Source: Candidatus Dojkabacteria bacterium
GTDB taxonomy: Bacteria; Patescibacteriota; Dojkabacteria; B142; OLB20
Direction: 5' to 3'
Length of the DNA stretch: 64,000 nucleotides
Assembly (NCBI GenBank): GCA_030583785.1
Contig: CP129475.1
Coordinates: forward strand, 978,209-1,042,208
The notes beneath the pieces are model-generated. The model worked only from the letters and a program-made list of their open reading frames with translations. It did no database searches and was not told where the DNA came from. This document shows, piece after piece, positions 38,916 to 47,877 of this stretch. A program made the position numbers and the translations under genes. Within the stretch, counting starts at the first letter, position 1. Every line of letters begins with the position of its first letter.

Positions 38916-40058
38916 TTATCTACCTAATTTGGGGGCAATATCAATTTCTGGCAAGGAGGATCCAATGGTTTCAGATATCCTTTTTTCACTTTCTGTTTTT
39001 GGAATTGCTTTGGCCGTTATATATAATAGGCTCGAAACCAATATTACCGCACCTCCGGAGTATAACATCATCTCAAATAAGAGTTCAAAAAGTCTTTTTA
39101 GAAACAAAGCTATGGCAGCAGACATTTCTGTTGATAGGGCAGACTGTTGAAGTATATCCGGAAGAAACAAATTAATTATTAACTGAGGCGAATTACTTCC
39201 AAGAAAGCCTATTGCAAAAACTACAACCCCAGTAACGATGAAAAAGCCGGCGAAAGTTGATAAGGCATTTCTGATGTTAAATGAACCTAAGAATATTGTT
39301 AAGACTAGGATTGAAATCGCAGCTACAATTAGGCAGATACCAAGAATCAAAGATGAGGTTGCGGCATCTTTTAAGGCCATGATCGAACTTAATAGGCTAT
39401 CTCTAGTTTCTTCTTGTTGCGCATCGAGAATTTGCAGAAAATACACTTCCGAAGTAAGATCCGGGTAGTTCAAGATTGTTGAAAAAACCTTATTGTTATT
39501 ATAGTTGCTACTTTGAAGTGTATCTAGATACGAGGTGATTTGGTTTTGTATTAACTGTTGTCCTGGAGCAGTGAGCTCTTCTCTGCAGATAGGAAATATC
39601 TTATTCTTCTCAATTGTTTCGTCAGTGCATACGGGTAATTCTCTGCTATAGCGTGCAATCTGATCAAAGGTGATCATACTAAGATCAAGCTCTTGGATTT
39701 CTTTGTCTATTAGTTGGTCAGGAATATAAATCCGTAGTTCATTGTTTTTGCCATTAATCCAGTCAAATAGTCTATCCACATTTTCTTCTGCAGCTTCTAC
39801 GGTAATAGTAGGAAAGTCTATCAGAGAAACGATATACTCAGCAAAAGATGTTTCAAGAGCTTCTTCACCAATGGTGTCAATAATAAATTGGTCTTCAATT
39901 GAAAGGCGGATTTCTTTATAGATTCCCGAAGGTGCAAGTGATCTCTTGTATGTCGCACTGTCAAGGGCGCGCAATCTAAAAGTAAGAATGCTAATACCAG
40001 TTGTGGCAAGAAGAAGTGCCAGAAACAGGAGGACTAGACGAATGCTTTTACTTATCAC
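38916..40058 (-). CDS. membrane protein (N-terminal TM, soluble domain of about 200 aa, C-terminal multi-TM), paralog of the upstream gene
   Basis: Shares topology and the N-terminal motif YK.SL..SGIY with 40048..41118. Confidence 0.5.
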   Translation of the reverse strand: MISKSIRLVLLFLALLLATTGISILTFRLRALDSATYKRSLAPSGIYKEIRLSIEDQFIIDTIGEEALETSFAEYIVSLIDFPTITVEAAEENVDRLFDWINGKNNELRIYIPDQLIDKEIQELDLSMITFDQIARYSRELPVCTDETIEKNKIFPICREELTAPGQQLIQNQITSYLDTLQSSNYNNNKVFSTILNYPDLTSEVYFLQILDAQQEETRDSLLSSIMALKDAATSSLILGICLIVAAISILVLTIFLGSFNIRNALSTFAGFFIVTGVVVFAIGFLGSNSPQLIINLFLPDILQQSALSTEMSAAIALFLKRLFELLFEMMLYSGGAVILVSSLLYITAKAIPKTESEKRISETIGSSLPEIDIAPKLGR

Positions 40059-41118
40059 TTTTTATATTTGCGTTAATAAATAATAAAGCTATTCGAAGTA
40101 GAATGGTAAACAATAACATTGTAATACCAATATAGAGAGGTGGCTCTAATAGTCCTTTTATAAAATGTGTAGCAAGAATTGATACTCCATAAGGCTCGCT
40201 AATCAATTGCGATACGACATCTTCGGCAATTAATCTGGGTATCAATGCTGCTAAAGTTAATAATAGCGCAGTAAAAAATGAGATCGAGCTTAATGTGGCT
40301 ACAAGTACTCGCAAGTTAAAATCCTTCTGTGATAAGGCAATAATGGTAAAGAAAACCGATGCCAAAATTAATAACAATGGAATAATTACTCGAAAAGAGA
40401 AAATCGCTCTCGTCAGGTCTAATGAGTCTCTAATTTGTGCTAATTGTGATTCGTCTCTAATTAGTAATGCGATTGGTGTGTTTTCGTTTAGGTCGCCAAG
40501 ACCAGATTCATCTAATATCGTTGCAAGTAAGTTTTCATTATCAAGTGTAGTAACTGCCTTTTGCTCAATTGCATTTAGAATATCTTCTCTAAGTTTTTGA
40601 TCAGAGGGTAGGCATGAAGGTATAAGCAACTGTTCTCGATTACTAAAGTCTTCAATAATTATTTTTTCCTGAGTTACTGTACAGGCTTCAAGCATAACGA
40701 ATTCCCTCTCTATAGCCTGAAGAAAACCCTTGGCAATTTCTGAAGAGTTGTAGTTGGATTGAAGTCTTTCTTTTGGGAAATAGAATTCAAGTGACTCGCT
40801 TCTAGAATCAATGAATGATAACGCCCTCTCAATATTTTCTTCTGCTATTTCTTTAGCGATATCATCGAATTCAATACTTCTGATTATTGGTCGAAGCAGA
40901 ACGAAAGCGCTACTATCTTGTTGCTCTTTATCTAACTGTGACAGAAGCCGAGCTTGAATCTGTGAATCGATTTGATAATAGATGCCACTTGTTTCTAATG
41001 ACTGTTTGTAAAGATTTGGATTTAACAGCTGTTGTGATACGGTTAAAAGTAACAGTCCGAAGAAAGCTGAAGCCACGGCCATGGCGCAAAAGACTGTTTT
41101 AATGATAGATGAAACCAT
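40048..41118 (-). CDS. membrane protein, tandem paralog
   Basis: Same architecture as the downstream paralog. Overlaps it by 11 nt. Confidence 0.5.
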   Translation of the reverse strand: MVSSIIKTVFCAMAVASAFFGLLLLTVSQQLLNPNLYKQSLETSGIYYQIDSQIQARLLSQLDKEQQDSSAFVLLRPIIRSIEFDDIAKEIAEENIERALSFIDSRSESLEFYFPKERLQSNYNSSEIAKGFLQAIEREFVMLEACTVTQEKIIIEDFSNREQLLIPSCLPSDQKLREDILNAIEQKAVTTLDNENLLATILDESGLGDLNENTPIALLIRDESQLAQIRDSLDLTRAIFSFRVIIPLLLILASVFFTIIALSQKDFNLRVLVATLSSISFFTALLLTLAALIPRLIAEDVVSQLISEPYGVSILATHFIKGLLEPPLYIGITMLLFTILLRIALLFINANIKSDK

Positions 41119-41170
41119 CTGATGGTATTTTGCTAAAGTTTAGCTTAAGCAGTAGGATCGTGCAACAATT

Positions 41171-41992
41171 CTATACCGCCATTGGTGCCTTTAAGGCAGA
41201 GTCGTGTTTGTAATCAATGAGTTCAATATCGTCTTTCGTAAATTTATTAATATCATTGATCTTCGGATTAAGCTTTAATACTGGTAATGGATGAGGTTTT
41301 CGCTTGAGTTGTTCTTCTACTTGACTGAAATGATTTTGGTAGATGTGTGTATCACCCATTACATGAATAAATTCACCTGCTTTTAGATTAGTAACTTGTG
41401 CAACCATATGTGTTAAAAGCGCATAGGAGGAGATATTGAAAGGTACTCCTAAGAACATGTCACAACTTCTTTGATACATTTGCAAAGACAACCGATCGTT
41501 GTCTACATAAAATTGAAACATGATATGGCATGGAGGTAAGGCCATTTGATCGAGCTCTCCGGGGTTCCATGCTGAGACAATGATTCTTCTATCAAAAGGA
41601 TCTTCTTTGATTTTGCGAATCGCTTCGGCAAGCTGATCTATAGTTCTGCCGTCGGGGGCATTCCAGCTTCTCCATTGAACTCCGTAAACTCTTCCAAGGT
41701 CTCCTGGGAACTTTGCTTTGGGTTTCCAGTAATCAGCTTCTGCATTTGCATCCCAGATATGTGTTCCAAGTTTATTCAATTCATTATTATCTGAACTACC
41801 AGAAATGAACCATAAAAGCTCGGCAACAATTGAATTGAAATTTACTTTTTTTGTGGTGACAATTGGAAATCCTTGAGAGAGATCGTAGCGGATTTGCATG
41901 CCAAAAACTGACCTAGTGCCGACTCCGGTTCGATCTTTTCTATCCTTACCATTTTCATACACATATTTTAGGGCTTCGAGGTATTGCTTCAT
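41171..41992 (-). CDS. thyA: thymidylate synthase
   Basis: Near-canonical ThyA (MKQYLEAL..DRTGVGT..PCH..FQFYV). Start placed at MKQYLE rather than the upstream extension in the ORF track. Confidence 0.93.
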   Translation of the reverse strand: MKQYLEALKYVYENGKDRKDRTGVGTRSVFGMQIRYDLSQGFPIVTTKKVNFNSIVAELLWFISGSSDNNELNKLGTHIWDANAEADYWKPKAKFPGDLGRVYGVQWRSWNAPDGRTIDQLAEAIRKIKEDPFDRRIIVSAWNPGELDQMALPPCHIMFQFYVDNDRLSLQMYQRSCDMFLGVPFNISSYALLTHMVAQVTNLKAGEFIHVMGDTHIYQNHFSQVEEQLKRKPHPLPVLKLNPKINDINKFTKDDIELIDYKHDSALKAPMAV

Positions 41993-42005
41993 ATTATAAA
42001 TAATT

Positions 42006-42500
42006 TTACTTATTTGAATATTGTTCTTCGCTGTCGTTGAGAACGACAAGCTCAACATTAGCCATTTTAAAAATCTCTCGACTTCGTTGTGCTCTATGGT
42101 AGAGATTGTTACAAACTACTCTAATTATTCCAGCGTTGATTATTAGTTTTGCACATGTGTAACAAGGCTCCATTTGGCAGTACACTGTTGCACCGTTTAT
42201 GGCGATTCCTTCTCTGGCGGCATTAACAATAGCATTCTGTTCTGCGTGTGTGGTGCGAATACAGTGATTGGAAACTGATCCGTCTTCGTTGGTGACCTGA
42301 TGCATTTCGTGTCCCACTTCGTCGCAATGAGGAAGACCAGCAGGGGCACCGACATAGCCAGTTGAAAGGATTCGTTTATCTCTGACGATGATTGATCCGC
42401 TGTAACCTCGATCACAGGTTGCCCGGGTGCTTACAGTTGCAAGAATTTGCATAAAATACTCATCCCAGTTGGGTCTGGTTCTTTGGCTTTTCTTGTTCAT
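42006..42500 (-). CDS. dCMP deaminase (CMP/dCMP-deaminase zinc-binding family)
   Basis: Zinc-ligand motifs HAEQNA and PCYTCA. Start probably at the internal MNKK; the longer start at 42539 remains possible. Confidence 0.85.
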   Translation of the reverse strand: MNKKSQRTRPNWDEYFMQILATVSTRATCDRGYSGSIIVRDKRILSTGYVGAPAGLPHCDEVGHEMHQVTNEDGSVSNHCIRTTHAEQNAIVNAAREGIAINGATVYCQMEPCYTCAKLIINAGIIRVVCNNLYHRAQRSREIFKMANVELVVLNDSEEQYSNK

Positions 42501-42579
42501 GATGCGTAAAATATAGCAGTTATGATTTACCTTCGGCAATAATTATATGTATATTGTTCTTAATTAATTCTTTTGACTT

Positions 42580-43122
42580 ATGAAACCCAAATTAATAATG
42601 ATTATGGTTTGTAGCCTTGACGGAGTGATCGCAACAGATAAGAACACAGACAGCTTCTCTTGGAATTCTCCGGAAGATAAATCGCACTTTCGCAAGCTCA
42701 CAAAAGAAATTGGTACTGTTATCATGGGCAGTAAAACTTTTCAAGAGGTGGGCATGACTCCTTTAAAAGGAAGGAAGAATATTATAGTTACATCCAGGCC
42801 AGATGATTACAAAGTGACAGAAGATACATTTTTTATATCTGGAAACGCAGAAGATGTCGTCTCCTATTTACAGATTAACGGAATTAAAACCGCAGCTGTA
42901 GTGGGTGGTTCATCCGTTAACTCCCAGTTCTTGCAAGCGGGATTAATCGATGAGTTGTATATAACCGTTGAACCAATACTTTTTGGAAAAGGTCTCCATC
43001 TTGCGGAGTCGATTTCAGACCAAGTTAACCTGCAACTAATTGATTCTCAGAAACTCAACGAGCAAGGAACAATGCTTTTACATTATCAGGTGCTAAACAA
43101 TCATGATTCTAAGCAAAACTGA
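42580..43122 (+). CDS. dihydrofolate reductase family protein (RibD_C-like)
   Basis: Motifs IMVCSLDGVIA, IMGSKTF and VVGGSSV. Adjacent to thyA and dcd. Confidence 0.7.
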   Translation: MKPKLIMIMVCSLDGVIATDKNTDSFSWNSPEDKSHFRKLTKEIGTVIMGSKTFQEVGMTPLKGRKNIIVTSRPDDYKVTEDTFFISGNAEDVVSYLQINGIKTAAVVGGSSVNSQFLQAGLIDELYITVEPILFGKGLHLAESISDQVNLQLIDSQKLNEQGTMLLHYQVLNNHDSKQN

Positions 43123-43765
43123 TATCTTGTCGCGGCTCAAAGAAGGCGAAATTACTTTCAGTCCTGCCTTAGATGGCTTTCAGTTGCAACCACATGCGGT
43201 AGATTTAAGACTTGGGACTGAATTTCACATTCCTAAAACTTGGGAAATTACAAAGTACGGGAGACAAGCAATCTCTATTGATCCTCTTGATTCGCAGAAG
43301 AAAAAAAATTTTGAAAAGGTCGAGTTGAAAATGGGACAGTTTTTTGAACTATTGCCCAAAGAAGCTGTAATTGGAACAACTTATGAACAAATTGGATTGC
43401 ACGCTAAAGACATTATGTGTGTTCTCTATCCAAGATCTTCCATTAACAGAAGGGGGCTAAGTGTTGCTTTGTCTGGGATTGTCGATGTCGGCTACACTGG
43501 TCATCTAATGATTCCGATAGTCAATAATACAGATCAACAAATTATCAGAATTTATCCCGGGGAAAGGGTCTGTCAGCTCGTTTTCCACGAGATCAGTTCT
43601 TCACTTACTACAGAAGAAGCCTTATTGCACGGGCTTACTCAGCCCAAGTACAACAAGGCAGTGAAGGGTTTCATTGCGGGAAAGTCAGATGGAAGGGCAG
43701 AAATTGATCTGATAAAAGCCGGAAAAATCACCTTACTAAAGAAAAAATTCAGCATCAAATACTAA
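43103..43765 (+). CDS. dcd: dCTP deaminase (dCTP deaminase/dUTPase superfamily)
   Basis: N-terminus reads ILS..DI...L..G.I.F.P and continues to HAVDLRLG. 220 aa. Confidence 0.85.
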   Translation: MILSKTDILSRLKEGEITFSPALDGFQLQPHAVDLRLGTEFHIPKTWEITKYGRQAISIDPLDSQKKKNFEKVELKMGQFFELLPKEAVIGTTYEQIGLHAKDIMCVLYPRSSINRRGLSVALSGIVDVGYTGHLMIPIVNNTDQQIIRIYPGERVCQLVFHEISSSLTTEEALLHGLTQPKYNKAVKGFIAGKSDGRAEIDLIKAGKITLLKKKFSIKY

Positions 43766-43772
43766 TATTGAT

Positions 43773-44363
43773 ATGAATCGTCCAATCTGGTGTATAAAAT
43801 CCGATACATTATTTAGAAAAAACAAGTTCTTAGGTTTCAAAACCGATGACCCTGAAGACTATCTTGACCTAATAACCAATTATTCTGAATTCCGCGAAAG
43901 AGATCTTTTAGAAACTGATCCAAGTTATAAGCAGATTATTCCGCAGATAATCATTAGGCATAAAAATAAATATCTTCTACATAAAATTGATTCCAAAGGT
44001 AACGAATCAAGACTACATAATTTGTGGCCAATATTTGTTGGCGGCCATGTAGATCTTATCGATTCTGAGTCAGACAATATTGTTGAGGCCGCCATCAATC
44101 GAGAACTCGCAGAAGAGGTTACGATAAACGGCTCGATTACAACAAGAAAGTTTCTAGGTTTGATATACATCGAAAATGACAACCCCGTAAATCATGTGCA
44201 TATCGGATTGGTTTACATTTACGATATCGACACATTCGATGTCGTTTCTAACGAAGAAGAAATTGCAGATATGCGCTTTGTAACCTTAAATTATTTGCAA
44301 AAAAATATTTCCCGATTAACCTATTGGTCAAGGGTTGTAGTTGAGTCGGGTATTTTTGTCTAA
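43773..44363 (+). CDS. Nudix-like hydrolase
   Basis: Degenerate Nudix box GGHVDL..SE...VEAAINRELAEEV. Confidence 0.55.
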   Translation: MNRPIWCIKSDTLFRKNKFLGFKTDDPEDYLDLITNYSEFRERDLLETDPSYKQIIPQIIIRHKNKYLLHKIDSKGNESRLHNLWPIFVGGHVDLIDSESDNIVEAAINRELAEEVTINGSITTRKFLGLIYIENDNPVNHVHIGLVYIYDIDTFDVVSNEEEIADMRFVTLNYLQKNISRLTYWSRVVVESGIFV

Positions 44364-44439
44364 GAAAAATATACAAAAAGTGTTACTCTCTTCTTAATTT
44401 CCCGTTATACTATTTATAAATATAATAGTTATCTCCACT

Positions 44440-44628
44440 ATGCAAAGAAAATATCAGCAAAGTTGGAGGGATCTCCAGGTTAAACTGGAGCGCCGGCTAG
44501 AAGATAGCAAGCAGAGAGCAAAAGGAAGCAGATGTCCTGATTGCATGAACAGGCTCTACTTTCTCGAAGGTGGATTTCTCTGCCCGGTGTGCGGATTTTC
44601 CGCAGAATCGGTTTATACCGACCTCTAA
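44440..44628 (+). CDS. small zinc-ribbon protein
   Basis: Motifs CPDCMN...CPVCGF in a 62-aa ORF. Weakly supported. Confidence 0.3.
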   Translation: MQRKYQQSWRDLQVKLERRLEDSKQRAKGSRCPDCMNRLYFLEGGFLCPVCGFSAESVYTDL

Positions 44629-44679
44629 GCAAAGTGGTGACTATTTTTACTGGAAAGCAACTTGCACTTGCACCATTAG

Positions 44680-45345
44680 TTAAATAAGAATGTCGTTAAG
44701 GACAGTAATAATGTCTTGAGTAACTTGCTCTATTGTTTGATCGGCATTTATTATGGTCCACCCTTGCTTAACTGCAACCTCTTTATAAGCTTTCGCAGCT
44801 TTACTTAAGTGATCTATACTGTCTTCGTGGATATCGCTTTTCTTCCCTTTTAAATATGATCTGTAGCCCTTTTTTCCAACTCTTTTTTGTCCAACAGCCG
44901 GATCTAGATACAAAAGAATGGTTTTGTCTGGAACTGGGAGTTTAAGAATATCGTATTCCAAATCTAGAAGCCATTTAATGAACTTTTCTCTTTCGGTTTT
45001 GTTCTGGATCTTTCCGGCCTGATGACCGATATTTGATGAAGTATAACGATTAGCGATCACGATTTTATTTTCGCTCAAATACCTTCTAATCTTGGTTGCG
45101 GCGCTAAATCTGTCTATAGCAAAAAGGATGGATGCTTGGTAGGCGTCAATGTCTTCAAGCTTGCCGAGTCTGCCATTAAGATATTCTTCTACCATTGCTG
45201 CCCCGGGAGAGCCATATTGAGGAAAGTCCATTAATTCGACATCGAATTTACGAGTCAGAAGATGATCTTTAATAATTTTTGTTTGGGTAGCTTTTCCGCT
45301 TCCGTCTGTGCCATCAATAACTATGAATAATCCCTTATTCTTCAT
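44680..45345 (-). CDS. tmk: thymidylate kinase
   Basis: P-loop FIVIDGTDGSGKATQ, and the size matches dTMP kinase. Confidence 0.9.
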   Translation of the reverse strand: MKNKGLFIVIDGTDGSGKATQTKIIKDHLLTRKFDVELMDFPQYGSPGAAMVEEYLNGRLGKLEDIDAYQASILFAIDRFSAATKIRRYLSENKIVIANRYTSSNIGHQAGKIQNKTEREKFIKWLLDLEYDILKLPVPDKTILLYLDPAVGQKRVGKKGYRSYLKGKKSDIHEDSIDHLSKAAKAYKEVAVKQGWTIINADQTIEQVTQDIITVLNDILI

Positions 45346-45401
45346 TTTATACTGGAGAAGATCTTAGATATAATGATCAAGCTTAGTCAGTTATAGCACG
45401 A

Positions 45402-46499
45402 ATGAATTTTTGGCGACAACTTAAAAAACCAATAATTGGATTGTCTCCTATGGATGGTGTTACAGATGCGCCATTTCGCTACATTGTGGCAAAATATTCC
45501 AAACCCGATGTAATCCTTACAGAATTTATCAATGTTCACGGAATTCATTATGGGGCAGAAAAACTGTTTGTAGATTTCTTGTATCATGAGATTGAAAGAC
45601 CAATAGTTGCTCAAATATACGGTAAAGAACCAGAGTATTTCTATACTGCAGCTCAGGTGGCTTGTGAACTGGGATTCGATGGCGTAGATATTAATATGGG
45701 TTGTCCTGCAAAGAATGTTGCCTCGAGCGGATCCGGAGCAGCCCTTATTAAAACTCCGGACTTAGCTAGAGAAATAGTACTTATGACAAAAAAAGGTGTC
45801 ACGGATTTTCTAGAAAAAGGATTTAATCCCGACTCGGCAAAACTTAAACGCAAAGTAGAAGAAACAAAAAACAAGTTATCTGAACTTGGAGTAAATTTCG
45901 GAGATAAAAACAAACAGATTCCTGTGTCAATTAAGACCAGAATTGGGTACGATTCAGATATTACCGAGGAATGGATTGGTAATTTATTAAAGGTCTCTCC
46001 AGATGCCATTACTCTTCACGGAAGGACACTCAAACAACTTTATGGAGGAAGTGCCAATTGGGGGTCGATTGCTAGAGCCGTTGAACTCATCAAAAGGAAT
46101 AATCTTGAGACCGGTCAGGAAACTATCGTTCTTGGGAATGGAGACATTAGTAGCAGAAATGAGGCTCTAACAAGAATTACAGAATCAAAGGCAGACGGAG
46201 CCTTGGTGGGCAGGGCGGTCTTTGGAAATCCAATGTTTTTCAAGGGCGAAAATCTGAATAACAAAATTGAGGCGTTTAAGATTGCTCTTGAGCATTCTTA
46301 TTTACAGGAAAAAGTTAAAGGTAAAGATTCTTTTGTGCAGATGCGAAAACATCTTGCTTGGTATGTTAAAGGATTTGCTGGTGCTGCTTCACTTCGCGCC
46401 AGTTTAGTCAGAACTTCAAGCGCAGAGGAAGTGAAGCAGATACTAACTGAAGAATTAAATAATTCAGAAGGCATTGACAATTCAATTTTGACTGAATAA
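45402..46499 (+). CDS. tRNA-dihydrouridine synthase (Dus family)
   Basis: FMN-binding TIM-barrel motifs (LSPMDGVTD, INMGCP) and the catalytic Cys region. Confidence 0.88.
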   Translation: MNFWRQLKKPIIGLSPMDGVTDAPFRYIVAKYSKPDVILTEFINVHGIHYGAEKLFVDFLYHEIERPIVAQIYGKEPEYFYTAAQVACELGFDGVDINMGCPAKNVASSGSGAALIKTPDLAREIVLMTKKGVTDFLEKGFNPDSAKLKRKVEETKNKLSELGVNFGDKNKQIPVSIKTRIGYDSDITEEWIGNLLKVSPDAITLHGRTLKQLYGGSANWGSIARAVELIKRNNLETGQETIVLGNGDISSRNEALTRITESKADGALVGRAVFGNPMFFKGENLNNKIEAFKIALEHSYLQEKVKGKDSFVQMRKHLAWYVKGFAGAASLRASLVRTSSAEEVKQILTEELNNSEGIDNSILTE

Positions 46500-46525
46500 T
46501 CTTATAAACAATTAATGAATATGCA

Positions 46526-46675
46526 ATGAATGACCCTTATGATGATGATGAAACTACAGTACCTTCATACTACGGAAACGAAGATGCAGATGTAGACGAA
46601 GATGCTTTAGATAGTCTGGCTGACGAATTTCAAGTCGAAGACGACGAAGAATTTAGTTCTGAGCAATCTGAATAA
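46526..46675 (+). CDS. small, highly acidic protein (49 aa), absent from the ORF track
   Basis: ATG to TAA in a 104-nt gap between genes. About 45% of residues are Asp or Glu, consistent with a disordered protein. Confidence 0.35.
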   Translation: MNDPYDDDETTVPSYYGNEDADVDEDALDSLADEFQVEDDEEFSSEQSE

Positions 46676-46696
46676 ATTCTCAATAATAGAAAATAG

Positions 46697-47809
46697 ATGA
46701 CAAGTTCACAAAAACTGTTTTCTCTGCAAACTATCGGTCTGATAGTATTTGTGCTTATAGTCATTTTGGTATCAGCTCTTGGTGCAACTTATAGGGAACA
46801 AAGCCAAGATATCTATAGTGCAACTGTCGTGCGAGTGCTTGATCTTGTTCAAGAAGGGGGAATCTATTATCAGAATGTCGAGGCAAAGATTGATGATTCC
46901 GGAAAATTAATCAGTTTGCGTATCCAGGTTCGTGACTTAAATTTAGAAGAAATAAATAGCGGAGACAATATTTATGTCAGAGACGCACAGACTTCCATCA
47001 GCGATATCTATAGCTTTGCCGGACATAGGCGCAGCAATATTCTTTTTTGGGTAAGCATCGTCTTTTTTGCAGTAATGTCAGTAATACTTGGTAAGGAGGG
47101 CTTCAAGTATATTGTCCCAACAATGCTCACATTTCTGCTTGTGTTTTCAGGGATACTGGAAGCACTATTTAGTATTAGCAATCTCTATGTAATTGCCTTG
47201 TTGATATTGGGTCTTCTCGCCTTTATTAGCATGCTGATTCAAGTTCGTAATGTGCGTATTGCCATTACTGTTGCAATCTCACAAATGATTACGCTGTTCT
47301 TAATCCTTCTGATTAATGTAATGCTCTTTAAAACGACATTTATGACAGAACTATTTTATACCAATGTGACTCTTATTTCATCGCAGGTTCGTCTTATAGA
47401 GTTCTGGAATCTTATAAATGTTGCAGTTCTGTTTATTGCTTTCGGTGCAACAATTAATACGACATTAGATGTAGCCCAGAGCATTGTAAAAAAGAAAAGA
47501 ACTTATCCAAAAACTTCAACAATTAACCTTATTCGAGAAGGCACAGTTCATAATCAACTTGCTGTAGGTCGAGTTGTAAACAGCTTCTTTTTCGTTTTTC
47601 TAGGAGTCACACTATCTTCGATTGTATTGTCTTCAGGCTCTGGGTTACCGTTTTGGGAGGATCCCTATGTGGTTCAAGGTGTTCTTTGGTTCATGGGGGC
47701 ATCACTTGCTGCTCTATTAGTAGGCCCCATAACTGCCTTGATCACTGCGATTTCTTTAAGTCAGGGCGAGAGTCCTATTCAGTTAGCACTTCGAGAAGGT
47801 AAAAACTAG
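46697..47809 (+). CDS. polytopic membrane protein (YibE/F-like topology)
   Basis: N-terminal TM helix, a beta-rich domain, then about 7 further TM helices. Confidence 0.5.
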   Translation: MTSSQKLFSLQTIGLIVFVLIVILVSALGATYREQSQDIYSATVVRVLDLVQEGGIYYQNVEAKIDDSGKLISLRIQVRDLNLEEINSGDNIYVRDAQTSISDIYSFAGHRRSNILFWVSIVFFAVMSVILGKEGFKYIVPTMLTFLLVFSGILEALFSISNLYVIALLILGLLAFISMLIQVRNVRIAITVAISQMITLFLILLINVMLFKTTFMTELFYTNVTLISSQVRLIEFWNLINVAVLFIAFGATINTTLDVAQSIVKKKRTYPKTSTINLIREGTVHNQLAVGRVVNSFFFVFLGVTLSSIVLSSGSGLPFWEDPYVVQGVLWFMGASLAALLVGPITALITAISLSQGESPIQLALREGKN

Positions 47810-47877
47810 AAAATCCCTTTATAATTTTGGAAGGCTGTCTTAAATGAGTTATAATTCAGCGTCTTAATAATAATAAA

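Noticed and set aside
41993-42058. N-terminal 22-aa extension of thyA in the ORF track (MLSLSFSTTAKNNIQISKIIYN)
   Set aside because: Canonical ThyA begins MKQYLE, and the extension would overlap the stop of the upstream dCMP deaminase. I used the internal start.
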